DNA from: Eledone cirrhosa | Taxonomy: Eukaryota | NCBI GenBank assembly: GCA_964016885.1 | Contig: OZ024753.1 | Span: forward strand, 28,830,001 to 28,894,000 | Direction of reading: 5' to 3' | Length of the DNA stretch: 64,000 nt | Shown: positions 34,265-46,475 of the stretch, one piece after another | How positions within the stretch are numbered: position 1 is the first letter of the stretch | How the letters are laid out: each line of letters starts with the position of its first letter | The notes under the pieces: model-generated | What the model was told of the DNA's origin: nothing | Databases searched by the model: none | Seen by the model: the letters and a program-made list of their open reading frames with translations, nothing else | Translations under genes and position numbers: made by a program

Positions 34265-37200
34265 AGGCAACGAATTGGCAGAGTAGTTAGAACGTCAGAT
34301 AGAATGGCAGAGTAGTTAGAACGTCAGATAGAATGGCAGAGTAGTTAGAACGTCAGATAGAATGGCAGAGTAGTTAGAACGTCAGATAGAATGGCAGAGT
34401 AGTTAGAACGTCAGATAGAATGGCAGAGTAGTTAGAACGTCAGATAGAATGGCAGAGTAGTTAGAACGTCAGATAGAATGGCAGAGTAGTTAGAACGTCA
34501 GATAGAATGGCAGAGTAGTTAGAACGTCAGATAGAATGGCAGAGTAGTTAGAACGTCAGATAGAATGGCAGAGTAGTTAGAACGTCAGATAGAATGGTAG
34601 AGTAGTTAGAACGTCAGATAGAATGGCAGAGTAGTTAGAACGTCAGATAGAATGGTAGAGTAGTTAGAACGTCAGATAGAATGGCAGAGTAGTTAGAACG
34701 TCAGATAGAATGGCAGAGTAGTTAGAACGTCAGATAGAATGGTAGAGTAGTTAGAACGTCAGATAGAATGGTAGAGTAGTTAGAACGTCAGATAGAATGG
34801 TAGAGTAGTTAGAACGTCAGATAGAATGGCAGAGTAGTTAGAACGTCAGATAGAATGGTAGAGTAGTTAGAACGTCAGATAGAATGGTAGAGTAGTTAGA
34901 ACATCAGATAGAATGGTAGAGTAGTTAGAACGTCAGATAGAATGGTAGAGTAGTTAGAACGTCAGATAGAATGGTAGAGTAGTTAGAACGTCAGATAGAA
35001 TGGCAGAGTAGTTAGAACGTCAGATAGAATGGTAGAGTAGTTAGAACGTCAGATAGAATGGTAGAGTAGTTAGAACGTCAGATAGAATGGTAGAGTAGTT
35101 AGAACATCAGATAGAATGGTAGAGTAGTTAGAACGTCAGATAGAATGGCAGAGTAGTTAGAACGTCAGATAGAATGGCAGAGTAGTTAGAACGTCAGATA
35201 GAATGGTAGAGTAGTTAGAACGTCAGATAGAATGGCAGAGTAGTTAGAACGTCAGATAGAATGGTAGAGTAGTTAGAACGTCAGATAGAATGGCAGAGTA
35301 GTTAGAACGTCAGATAGAATGGTAGAGTAGTTAGAACGTCAGATAGAATGGTAGAGTAGTTAGAACGTCAGATAGAATGGCAGAGTAGTTAGAACGTCAG
35401 ATAGAATGGTAGAGTAGTTAGAACGTCAGATAGAATGGTAGAGTAGTTAGAACGTCAGATAGAATGGCAGAGTAGTTAGAACGTCAGATAGAATGGTAGA
35501 GTAGTTAGAACGTCAGATAGAATGGTAGAGTAGTTAGAACGTCAGATAGAATGGTAGAGTAGTTAGAACGTCAGATAGAATGGCAGAGTAGTTAGAACGT
35601 CAGATAGAATGGCAGAGTAGTTAGAACGTCAGATAGAATGGCAGAGTAGTTAGAACGTCAGATAGAATGGCAGAGTAGTTAGAACGTCAGATAGAATGGC
35701 AGAGTAGTTAGAACGTCAGATAGAATGGCAGAGTAGTTAGAACGTCAGATAGAATGGCAGAGTAGTTAGAACGTCAGATAGAATGGTAGAGTAGTTAGAA
35801 CGTCAGATAGAATGGCAGAGTAGTTAGAACGTCAGATAGAATGGCAGAGTAGTTAGAACGTCAGATAGAATGGCAGAGTAGTTAGAACGTCAGATAGAAT
35901 GGCAGAGTAGTTAGAACGTCAGATAGAATGGCAGAGTAGTTAGAACGTCAGATAGAATGGTAGAGTAGTTAGAACGTCAGATAGAATGGCAGAGTAGTTA
36001 GAACGTCAGATAGAATGGCAGAGTAGTTAGAACGTCAGATAGAATGGCAGAGTAGTTAGAACGTCAGATAGAATGGTAGAGTAGTTAGAACGTCAGATAG
36101 AATGGCAGAGTAGTTAGAACGTCAGATAGAATGGCAGAGTAGTTAGAACGTCAGATAGAATGGCAGAGTAGTTAGAACGTCAGATAGAATGGCAGAGTAG
36201 TTAGAACGTCAGATAGAATGGCAGAGTAGTTAGAACGTCAGATAGAATGGTAGAGTAGTTAGAACGTCAGATAGAATGGCAGAGTAGTTAGAACGTCAGA
36301 TAGAATGGTAGAGTAGTTAGAACGTCAGATAGAATGGCAGAGTAGTTAGAACGTCAGATAGAATGGCAGAGTAGTTAGAACGTCAGATAGAATGGCAGAG
36401 TAGTTAGAACGTCAGATAGAATGGCAGAGTAGTTAGAACGTCAGATAGAATGGCAGAGTAGTTAGAACGTCAGATAGAATGGTAGAGTAGTTAGAACGTC
36501 AGATAGAATGGCAGAGTAGTTAGAACGTCAGATAGAATGGTAGAGTAGTTAGAACGTCAGATAGAATGGCAGAGTAGTTAGAACGTCAGATAGAATGGCA
36601 GAGTAGTTAGAACGTCAGATAGAATGGTAGAGTAGTTAGAACGTCAGATAGAATGGTAGAGTAGTTAGAACGTCAGATAGAATGGTAGAGTAGTTAGAAC
36701 GTCAGATAGAATGGCAGAGTAGTTAGAACGTCAGATAGAATGGTAGAGTAGTTAGAACGTCAGATAGAATGGTAGAGTAGTTAGAACATCAGATAGAATG
36801 GTAGAGTAGTTAGAACGTCAGATAGAATGGTAGAGTAGTTAGAACGTCAGATAGAATGGTAGAGTAGTTAGAACGTCAGATAGAATGGCAGAGTAGTTAG
36901 AACGTCAGATAGAATGGTAGAGTAGTTAGAACGTCAGATAGAATGGTAGAGTAGTTAGAACGTCAGATAGAATGGTAGAGTAGTTAGAACATCAGATAGA
37001 ATGGTAGAGTAGTTAGAACATCAGATAGAATGGCAGAGTAGTTAGAACGTCAGATAGAATGGCAGAGTAGTTAGAACGTCAGATAGAATGGTAGAGTAGT
37101 TAGAACGTCAGATAGAATGGCAGAGTAGTTAGAACGTCAGATAGAATGGTAGAGTAGTTAGAACGTCAGATAGAATGGCAGAGTAGTTAGAACGTCAGAT

Positions 37201-39770
37201 AGAATGGTAGAGTAGTTAGAACGTCAGATAGAATGGTAGAGTAGTTAGAACGTCAGATAGAATGGCAGAGTAGTTAGAACGTCAGATAGAATGGTAGAGT
37301 AGTTAGAACGTCAGATAGAATGGTAGAGTAGTTAGAACGTCAGATAGAATGGCAGAGTAGTTAGAACGTCAGATAGAATGGTAGAGTAGTTAGAACGTCA
37401 GATAGAATGGTAGAGTAGTTAGAACGTCAGATAGAATGGTAGAGTAGTTAGAACGTCAGATAGAATGGCAGAGTAGTTAGAACGTCAGATAGAATGGCAG
37501 AGTAGTTAGAACGTCAGATAGAATGGCAGAGTAGTTAGAACGTCAGATAGAATGGCAGAGTAGTTAGAACGTCAGATAGAATGGCAGAGTAGTTAGAACG
37601 TCAGATAGAATGGCAGAGTAGTTAGAACGTCAGATAGAATGGCAGAGTAGTTAGAACGTCAGATAGAATGGTAGAGTAGTTAGAACGTCAGATAGAATGG
37701 CAGAGTAGTTAGAACGTCAGATAGAATGGCAGAGTAGTTAGAACGTCAGATAGAATGGCAGAGTAGTTAGAACGTCAGATAGAATGGCAGAGTAGTTAGA
37801 ACGTCAGATAGAATGGCAGAGTAGTTAGAACGTCAGATAGAATGGTAGAGTAGTTAGAACGTCAGATAGAATGGCAGAGTAGTTAGAACGTCAGATAGAA
37901 TGGCAGAGTAGTTAGAACGTCAGATAGAATGGCAGAGTAGTTAGAACGTCAGATAGAATGGTAGAGTAGTTAGAACGTCAGATAGAATGGCAGAGTAGTT
38001 AGAACGTCAGATAGAATGGCAGAGTAGTTAGAACGTCAGATAGAATGGCAGAGTAGTTAGAACGTCAGATAGAATGGCAGAGTAGTTAGAACGTCAGATA
38101 GAATGGCAGAGTAGTTAGAACGTCAGATAGAATGGTAGAGTAGTTAGAACGTCAGATAGAATGGCAGAGTAGTTAGAACGTCAGATAGAATGGTAGAGTA
38201 GTTAGAACGTCAGATAGAATGGCAGAGTAGTTAGAACGTCAGATAGAATGGCAGAGTAGTTAGAACGTCAGATAGAATGGCAGAGTAGTTAGAACGTCAG
38301 ATAGAATGGTAGAGTAGTTAGAACGTCAGATAGAATGGCAGAGTAGTTAGAACGTCAGATAGAATGGCAGAGTAGTTAGAACGTCAGATAGAATGGCAGA
38401 GTAGTTAGAACGTCAGATAGAATGGCAGAGTAGTTAGAACGTCAGATAGAATGGTAGAGTAGTTAGAACGTCAGATAGAATGGCAGAGTAGTTAGAACGT
38501 CAGATAGAATGGCAGAGTAGTTAGAACGTCAGATAGAATGGCAGAGTAGTTAGAACGTCAGATAGAATGGCAGAGTAGTTAGAACGTCAGATAGAATGGT
38601 AGAGTAGTTAGAACATCAGATAGAATGGCAGAGTAGTTAGAACGTCAGATATAATGGCAGAGTAGTTAGAACGTCAGATAGAATGGCAGAGTAGTTAGAA
38701 CGTCAGATAGAATGGCAGAGTAGTTAGAACGTCAGATATAATGGTAGAGTAGTTAGAACGTCAGATAGAATGGCAGAGTAGTTAGAACGTCAGATAGAAT
38801 GGCAGAGTAGTTAGAACGTCAGATAGAATGGCAGAGTAGTTAGAACGTCAGATAGAATGGTAGAGTAGTTAGAACGTCAGATAGAATGGCAGAGTAGTTA
38901 GAACGTCAGATAGAATGGCAGAGTAGTTAGAACGTCAGATAGAATGGCAGAGTAGTTAGAACGTCAGATAGAATGGCAGAGTAGTTAGAACGTCAGATAG
39001 AATGGCAGAGTAGTTAGAACGTCAGATAGAATGGTAGAGTAGTTAGAACGTCAGATAGAATGGCAGAGTAGTTAGAACGTCAGATAGAATGGCAGAGTAG
39101 TTAGAACGTCAGATAGAATGGCAGAGTAGTTAGAACGTCAGATAGAATGGCAGAGTAGTTAGAACGTCAGATAGAATGGCAGAGTAGTTAGAACATCAGA
39201 TAGAATGGCAGAGTAGTTAGAACATCAGATATAATGGCAGAGTAGTTAGAACGTCAGATAGAATGGCAGAGTAGTTAGAACATCAGATAGAATGGCAGAG
39301 TAGTTAGAACGTCAGATATAATGGTAGAGTAGTTAGAACGTCAGATAGAATGGCAGAGTAGTTAGAACGTCAGATAGAATGGCAGAGTAGTTAGAACGTC
39401 AGATAGAATGGCAGAGTAGTTAGAACGTCAGATAGAATGGTAGAGTAGTTAGAACGTCAGATAGAATGCTTTATGGTATTCCTTTTGACTCTCTGTTCTC
39501 TGAGTTCAAATCCTGCTGAGGTCAACTCTGCCTTTCATCCAATCATGGTTGACAAAGAAAAGTACCAGTCAAGTACTGGGGTCGATTCTTCCTCTATATC
39601 TCTTTCTCACTTCCTTTCTCTCACTCTCTCTATCCTTCTCTGGAAGAAATCTACTGTATTCAGGCCTGGAGAGGAGATGGGCTCTGGCAGGTTTAAAAAG
39701 AAGAAAAATGTCCTTGAAATGTTATGTCAATATGGCACCCCTATGACTCCCTCAGGAGTTATGGGTCCAC
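34265..39770 (+). mobile_element. Family B SINE whose head has expanded into a 5.2-kb minisatellite; 3' extension shared with 62160-62490
   Basis: AGGCAACGAAT-[array]-TGCTTTATGGTATT...GAGTTCAAATCCTGC...GCCTTTCATCC...AAGTACCAGTC. Confidence 0.88.
34276..39466. repeat. 29-bp minisatellite, 179 copies, no indels
   Basis: Unit TGG(C/T)AGAGTAGTTAGAACGTCAGATAGAA; 5191 bp = 179 x 29. Confidence 0.98.
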
Positions 39771-40000
39771 ACCACACCACACCATACCATACCATGCCAT
39801 ACCATACCTGCCATACCATACCATATCATACCATGCCATACTATACCATACCATATGTGTCCATGTCATACCATACCACACCACACCATACCACACCATA
39901 CCACACCATACCACACCATACCACACCATACCATGCCATACCATGCCATACCATACCACACCATACCATACCACACCATACCATATACCATACCATACCA
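39768..40000. repeat. (CCATA/CCACA/CCATG)n pentanucleotide repeat
   Basis: Directly visible. Confidence 0.95.
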
Positions 40001-40892
40001 ATAGTCCAATATGTCCTTGTAAAAACCTGGCTACTGTTTCTGCCTAGACATAATTTCATTAGCTTCTTCAACTAACATAGTTTTTAATCACTGATGTAAT
40101 CTGTATTATTTTTTTTTAACCTGGACAACACCAAGTAATTACTTGTTTCTTGTGTATAATATATGAAAAGAGATGGTGCTAGGGTTGAAAGAGGTCATCC
40201 ATCTTTTGATGTACTAATTCTTTGACAAATGATTAATGATATGCAATGGAGATGTCTGAATTATTAGTTGATAATGATGCACTTGTTTTAGCTATCCTTA
40301 ACATTCTCTACCAAAAATCAATATTTCCTTCTGTTCTCTGTTTTTTGAAAGACTTGACAAGTTGTATTAATAATTTCAGTTTATGCTTGACTTAACTGTT
40401 ATAATGCAATAACTTTCTGAAATCAATGAACAAAACTGAAGTCTTTCTAATTAAAGTTTTTGTCCAAGTGTTGTTTCTTTATTCAGATAGTTATGGAGAA
40501 AGCAGTGTAATGAATTGTCTTAATAATACAATATTTAGATGTGTCATATTCTCTCTTATGTTCATCATTGCTGCTTTAGTTTTGTTTCTCGTATTTGGCA
40601 GTTATTACCGTTTCAGTCATGTTCTTTCAAATGCCTTACATTTCGGTCTAATTTTATTTCCGTTTTGGCTTTCAACTAACAAAAGTGTACAAAATGAAAT
40701 CATATGAGGATATAAACATGAACATTTCAAAATTATTTTGGCATTACAACCTATTTCATCGGGGTTATAAACCTATATTGAATTTTTAATCTTCAAAATA
40801 CACTAAATTTAGTGAAGTTATCTTCATAAAACAATGAATCAAGAGCCACTTTTTAAGAAATCTTATGTAAAGTTTTATTTCTCTTATGTGTG

Positions 40893-41320
40893 TACGCACA
40901 CACTTTCTCACTCTCACACACTTTCTCACGCACACCCTTTCTTACTCTGACACACATACACATACACACACTTTCTCACTCTCACACACTTTCTCATACA
41001 CACACTTTCTCACACACTTTCTCATACACACACTTTCTTACTCTCACACACTTTCTCACACATCCTTTCTTACTCTCACACAGATACACACACTTTCTCA
41101 CTCTCTCTCTCTCTCTTTCACACACCCCCTTCCACAGACACACTCTCTCTCACATACACACTCACACTCTCTCTCACAGACAGACACTTTCTCACTCTCA
41201 TACTCTTTCTCTCTCACAAACACACACACACACACTCTTTCTCACACACTTTCTCATACACTCTATTTCTCACACACACACACACACACATATGCTCTCT
41301 CTCACACACACAGACACTCA
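40893..41320. repeat. CA/CT compound low-complexity tract (ACACACTTTCTC-like units)
   Basis: Directly visible. Confidence 0.92.
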
Positions 41321-42087
41321 ATATAAAAGAAACCTTCATCCACCAGTTTTGCCAATATCTTCAACTACTTCTGTAGAAAAGAAAGGCTATTCAAATAACT
41401 GGCAGCTATTCAACACCATTGATTTATATTTCCTCCTTTTCCATTTCCTTATTTATTATCAGTGCAATGGTGCTTTTCACTTTCTCAGTTGTTTTTTATT
41501 CTATTTTTTAATTCCTAGAATACTTTCAGATCGATGCTCAATGAGAGAATTTGGCAGGATTACAAATTTCGCTTATATTTGTACTTCCTGTTTCTAGTAG
41601 GTTAATAATTTAAGTTTGACAATAAGAAATTATTCAAGTAAGCATTCTAACTTTATAGTAAAAACAGAATGTTGTACTAGAAGTGATGGTAACAGTATTT
41701 TTTTTTATAATAGTCAACCAAAGAGTCAGGAGGATTCTTCAGCTGTGTTAACCCTTTAACATTTACATTTCTCTATATGGATCTCATGATCATTAAAAGT
41801 CTGTCATGGGACTCACAAGGGTAGCTCTTGATTTAACCCTTTAGTATTTACATTACTCTATATTTACTGTTGTATTGTCATGGTAAAGGCTTTATCTCAC
41901 ATAATCATCTCACATAATCATCTCACATAATATCAAATCTATGAGATTTTGATACTATTTATTTTGAAAACAATATCTCAGTACCAGTATGAGCAGCCAG
42001 TTATAGCCATATTTAAGATCAACTATAGAATCGAAATCTTCACCCACTTTACTTACTATGACCAAACCAAGCCAACCTGGGACTTAA

Positions 42088-42297
42088 CCCTTTAGCATTT
42101 ACATTACTTTATATTTACGATTATCTTTTCATGGTAAAGGCTTTATCTCACCTAATATCAAATCTCTGAGATTTTGATATTATTTATTTTGAGCACCATA
42201 CCTTAACATCAGTATGAGTGGCCAGTTACGACCAGTTTGAACACAGAAAGAGGTGAAAGAATTCTGGCCGGATATGGCCGGTTTAAATACTAAAGGG
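42088..42297 (+). mobile_element. piggyBac-like MITE (partial copies just upstream at ~41751 and ~41837)
   Basis: TTAA-CCCTTTAGCATTTA ... TAAATACTAAAGGG-TGAA inverted termini. Confidence 0.85.
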
Positions 42298-42554
42298 TGA
42301 AGGTAAATGACAGGTTATGAGAGAAATTTTGCAACTGAATTTAGTAACCATCAAGAGAACAAAATTTGTATTAAGTAAATGAAAGAGCATTTCATCTAAA
42401 AAACGCATACTGAGATACAATAGAAGTGTTATAGGAGATAATAATCACTGTTGTTATGGTGAATATTCAACCATATCAAACTGAAAGTACTTTGTTTAAT
42501 TGCTTACATGTGACTGATGTATGAAAAATATATTCATAGCAACAACAGTAATTA

Positions 42555-42770
42555 TAATAATATTGGTTTCTGATTTAGGCACAAGGCCAACAATTTGGGG
42601 GTGAGGGGCAAGTCGATTAAATCGACCCCAGTGTATTACTGGTGGTTTTTATCGGCCCTGTAAGGATGAAAGGCAAAGCTAACCGTGGCGAGATTTGAAC
42701 TCAGAATGTAAAGGGCTGTAATTCTATGCTGCAAAGTATGTTGTCCAACGCTCTACCGATTCTGCTAATC
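42555..42770 (-). mobile_element. Family B SINE
   Basis: GTAAGGATGAAAGGCAAAGCTAACCGTGGCGAGATTTGAACTCAG. Confidence 0.82.
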
Positions 42771-43247
42771 TAGGATGACAGATGAAGGGACAAAACAGGG
42801 ACAAATTATGATAACGAAAGTATAAATATAACTCTAGTATCATCTAACTATACAAAAATCTAGTATTACTTAGTGTTGTGTGGTGCAAACCAGACAATAT
42901 GCTGATGTAGTTATTAATTTTACATGCATGAGAGGAGATATATCAATCACCTAATGATAAGGTCATACACACAGATACGCACACACATACGCACACTCAC
43001 TCACAGACAACATACACACACCACACCACACACATCACACCACACACACACTCTGATATGCCAATACATGCATGCATACACAAATATGTACATAGTTCTA
43101 ATTTCATATAAAATACATGAAGTTATAACACACACACGAACATAGTTTTAATCAACCATTGAGTGTTAGCTGCTAGATTACTAAAGCAGAGACCCTGGTT
43201 CAATCCTAACTAGTGGCAAAGCTCACAATGTGTCCCAGTCAGTTTAA

Positions 43248-43477
43248 CTCTTTATCATTTACATTACTCTATATTTACTATTATATTTTCACAGTAAAGG
43301 CTTTATCTCACATAACTATCTCACATAATATCAAATCTATGAGATTTTGATATTATTTATTTTGAGAACAATACCTTCACATCAGTATGAAAGGCTGGTT
43401 ACAGCTTGATAATGCTAGTTGGACAGAAAGAGGTGAGAGAATTCTGGCCGGATATGGCCAGCTTAAATGCTAAAGGG
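43248..43477 (+). mobile_element. piggyBac-like MITE with TTAA on both sides
   Basis: TTAA-CTCTTTATCATTTA ... TAAATGCTAAAGGG-TTAA. Confidence 0.88.
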
Positions 43478-43928
43478 TTAAATCAACAAATAACCCATCT
43501 CTATAGCTACTACTTTCTTCTAGTAAAAATAAAAAAATCCATGAGTTGTTTTATGGTTTACAGCTGTGCAGGTTTAGCCAGCCTCCTGTGAAGTTCCATC
43601 TTACAGAAAGTTTCATAATAATAATGAAAATGATTGTGTACAGTGCTCAGGTGTTCTACAACTCATCAAAGCTGCATGTATAGTACATAAAATAATGTAC
43701 AAATGTTAGAAAAGTGAACAGTGTATGAGTCATGATATACACACAGATATATGCATGCATGTGTATGGAGGAGGAATATCAGGTGTGTGAGTGTGTGTTT
43801 GTTTGGGTAAATAAACAGGAGAAAAAGTACACAATATATATAGCAGATTAGTTATTCAAAGTTGGTGAATAAATAAACTCACTCTGCTGCTATCCAAACT
43901 TCCTTCCCATATGTAATCCCCACCTTTT

Positions 43929-43974
43929 TTGTTACCTGAAGAATCACAAGGTGAGAAACTCTAAGTAGCAATGA
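43929..43974 (+). ncRNA. Minimal type I hammerhead motif, slightly degenerate
   Basis: TTGTTAC-CTGAAGA-A-TCAC-AAG-GTGA-GAAA-C-TCTAA-G-TA-GCAATGA. Confidence 0.6.
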
Positions 43975-44458
43975 AGTAGTTGTGTTGTTGGTAAAATATG
44001 AGTAATGTCTCAATGTTTCTGTCTGATTAAGTCAATAATAACTCTTTAATGGATTTCTCTCATTGTCTAAGGAATAGAATTAATAAAGGAAATCAAACAA
44101 TTAACTTCTATTTCTCACACTTGTAAAAAGGAAATGAAATAATGATTTCATTTATTGATCATTTCATTGATTTCTTTGATTTGGAAAAAACAAGTTTAAA
44201 ATTATTCATAAATCTTGTAGTGAATGATTAAACCATTTTTTAAATGGAGAAGAAAAAATAAAAAATAATAGACAAACAAAAGACAAAAAGAGAAGACTTT
44301 AGAAGTCAACACGGAAACTATTTTTATCCATTAAACTGTCATTGTAACATTGATCCACAGAACCAATGGATTAGTGTTAACAACTCTGATAATTTACCTG
44401 TCGGTCATTCAATCATACATTCTACTCAAGGACATATTAGATAAGGTAGTTCTAGATA

Positions 44459-44650
44459 GTGAAGGTGCGCGGTTTAGTGGGTTAGATTCGCAATCGTGAA
44501 GGTGCGAGTTCAATCCTCGGACCTGGTGATGTGTTGTGTGTTTGAGAAAGACACTTTATTTCATGTTACTCTTTCTGCCAGGAATTGTGACTCATAGATA
44601 GTATCAGCAATGGAAAGACCAATGGAAACATTGTTACCTTGGTCTGATTT
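44459..44650 (+). mobile_element. tRNA-derived SINE (family A head)
   Basis: GAAGGTGCGCGGTTTAGTGG...GAGTTCAATCCTC...TTGAGAAAGACACTTTATTTC. Confidence 0.75.
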
Positions 44651-44769
44651 GACGAGGTCCTCTCCACTCTGCAAGCGAATGAGGTCTGGGATCTTGTCAA
44701 ACGATCAGAGCAAGACACTCCTCATTTTAAGCCCTTTTTCATGCTTGCATCTGTTGAACAGGTCTTTTC

Positions 44770-44990
44770 TAGCACAAATTCTCACCTCTTGTTCCATTCG
44801 TCATTTTCTCTGACTTCCTCTACTGCAGATTCATTCTACTGGGATCTCTTGGCACTTCTTCATCCAACAATGATCATCCATACACATCACATGTTCATAC
44901 CATTGTAGTCTTCTCTCAGCTCAACCATGCTTCATTGTTCATGTGCACATCCATCAATGCATGCTCGGTTCATTCCTCTACTGTCTTGTG
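44770..44990 (-). pseudogene. Old RTE-type LINE C-terminal fragment
   Basis: Minus strand reads ERRLQWYEHVMCMDDHCWMKKCQEIPVE*ICSRG, resembling RRLRWFGHVMRM..VEG.R.RGRP. Confidence 0.6.
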
Positions 44991-45279
44991 ACTTGTTAGA
45001 GCTGTGCAAGATCTATCAGTAAAGTGAGAGTAGGTAATGAGTTTAGTGAGGAATTTCAATATGAAGTTAGGTGTTCAACTGGGATCAATTATGACTCATG
45101 ACTGTAAGGTGTAGTTTAAGGGATATTTAGCTTCTATTTTAGCAATTTGACTGACTACTCAGAAGCTCCCTTATTTCCAGAACTCGGTGCCAGACTTTAT
45201 TCCTGCATTAATTATGATGGTTGACGAAAGGCAAACAAAGAAAAGTAAAAAGACAAGCCCTTATCAATCTTCATTTTTG

Positions 45280-45450
45280 ATGAATTGGCAGTATCGGTAG
45301 AGGGTCGGACGCCATGCTATCCAGCATAGTTACGTCCCTTTACGGTTTGAGTTAAGTTTGCCTTTCATCCTTACGGGATCGATAAAATAAAGTACCAGTA
45401 ATGCACTGGAATAATTGCTGGCCTTGTGCCAAAAGTAGAAACAATTATTG
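45280..45450 (+). mobile_element. Family B SINE (other copies ~46700-46915, 48875-49000)
   Basis: TGGCAGTATCGGTAGAGGGTCGGACGCC...CCTTTCATCCTTACGGGATCGATAAAATAAAGTACCAG. Confidence 0.82.
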
Positions 45451-45897
45451 ATAAAGTACCAGTCGAAGTAGTAGAGTCAATTTATTTGACTTCCTCTCCC
45501 AAAATATGTGACCATATAGTACCTAAAATAAGACTTAAACATTTTAATGAGGAATTTTTGGAAAATTCAATTTGAGACTAGGAAGTTAATTTCTTTGAAT
45601 GTTACAAAAAAAAAAAATGTTTTTTTTTAAATTCTTTTTAAATTATATATATTTTTTTTGCCTGTGCATTTCAAATGTTGGTTTTGGTTCTAAGTGTTGC
45701 CTTTAATTCTTTTTCTTCCTTTTTTGTGTATATGTTTTTCTTTGTTTTAATATTAAACATAATTACATTTGAAATATGTCTATTATCAGGATGTATAAAA
45801 TGGAAAAAAAAATGTGACATAACATAGATATTTAAACCACAGAAAAAAACAAAAGAATGAAAAAACAACGAAAACTATGATTTGAACTTTATTTCAG

Positions 45898-46066
45898 GCA
45901 GAGAGCTGAGGGCAGCCATTGGATTCTTCTCTCATACATGAGCTCATAGTGGTCTCACTTCAACGAACAAAATGACATCAGGTGCACAACCAACAGCTGC
46001 AGGTCGACGGAATTGCTTACTAATATTTCACTTCCTCACCTATATATTAGTGACAGTAGTAACACA
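45898..46066 (+). CDS. Candidate host exon with start codon and signal-peptide-like N-terminus (unverified)
   Basis: Acceptor TTTATTTCAG at 45897, AAAATGA at 45972 giving MTSGAQPTAAGRRNCLLIFHFLTYILVTVVT, donor GTAAAT at 46067; non-repetitive sequence. Confidence 0.3.
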
Positions 46067-46182
46067 GTAAATGCTCTCTCTTGCATAACATATATCCATA
46101 TCTATATATATAGATATATATTCTACGTTTATGTATTTGTTTTGCAAAAATTCTTATCTGAAAACGTGTGTTGAAACAGATT

Positions 46183-46475
46183 TTGTTATACTTTGGGAGG
46201 GTCATGCTGCCAATAAAAAAAAACTCGCGCACCTGTTGGATTTCACTTCAATTTATTATTATAATTTCCTAGTTGTTTAGTTTAATAACAGGATAGTTGT
46301 TTGTCATCAAAGCTCTTTCAAATATATGACAAAAGAGCTTTGGTGACAATCAACAACTAAACAACCATCGGTTATTAAACTAAACAACTGGGAAGTTAAA
46401 ACAATAAATTGAAATGAAATCCAAAAGGTACATAAGTTTTGTTATTGACAACATCATTTTCCCAAAGTATAACAA
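46183..46475. repeat. ~290-bp imperfect palindrome
   Basis: TTGTTATACTTTGGGA / TCCCAAAGTATAACAA ends; AGTTGTTTAGTTTAATAAC / GTTATTAAACTAAACAACT; TTGTCATCAAAGCTCTTT / AAAGAGCTTTGGTGACAA near the centre. Confidence 0.85.

Noticed and set aside
34276-39466. CRISPR array (29-bp repeats)
   Set aside because: Units are contiguous with no spacers, there are no cas genes, and the unit derives from a SINE head.
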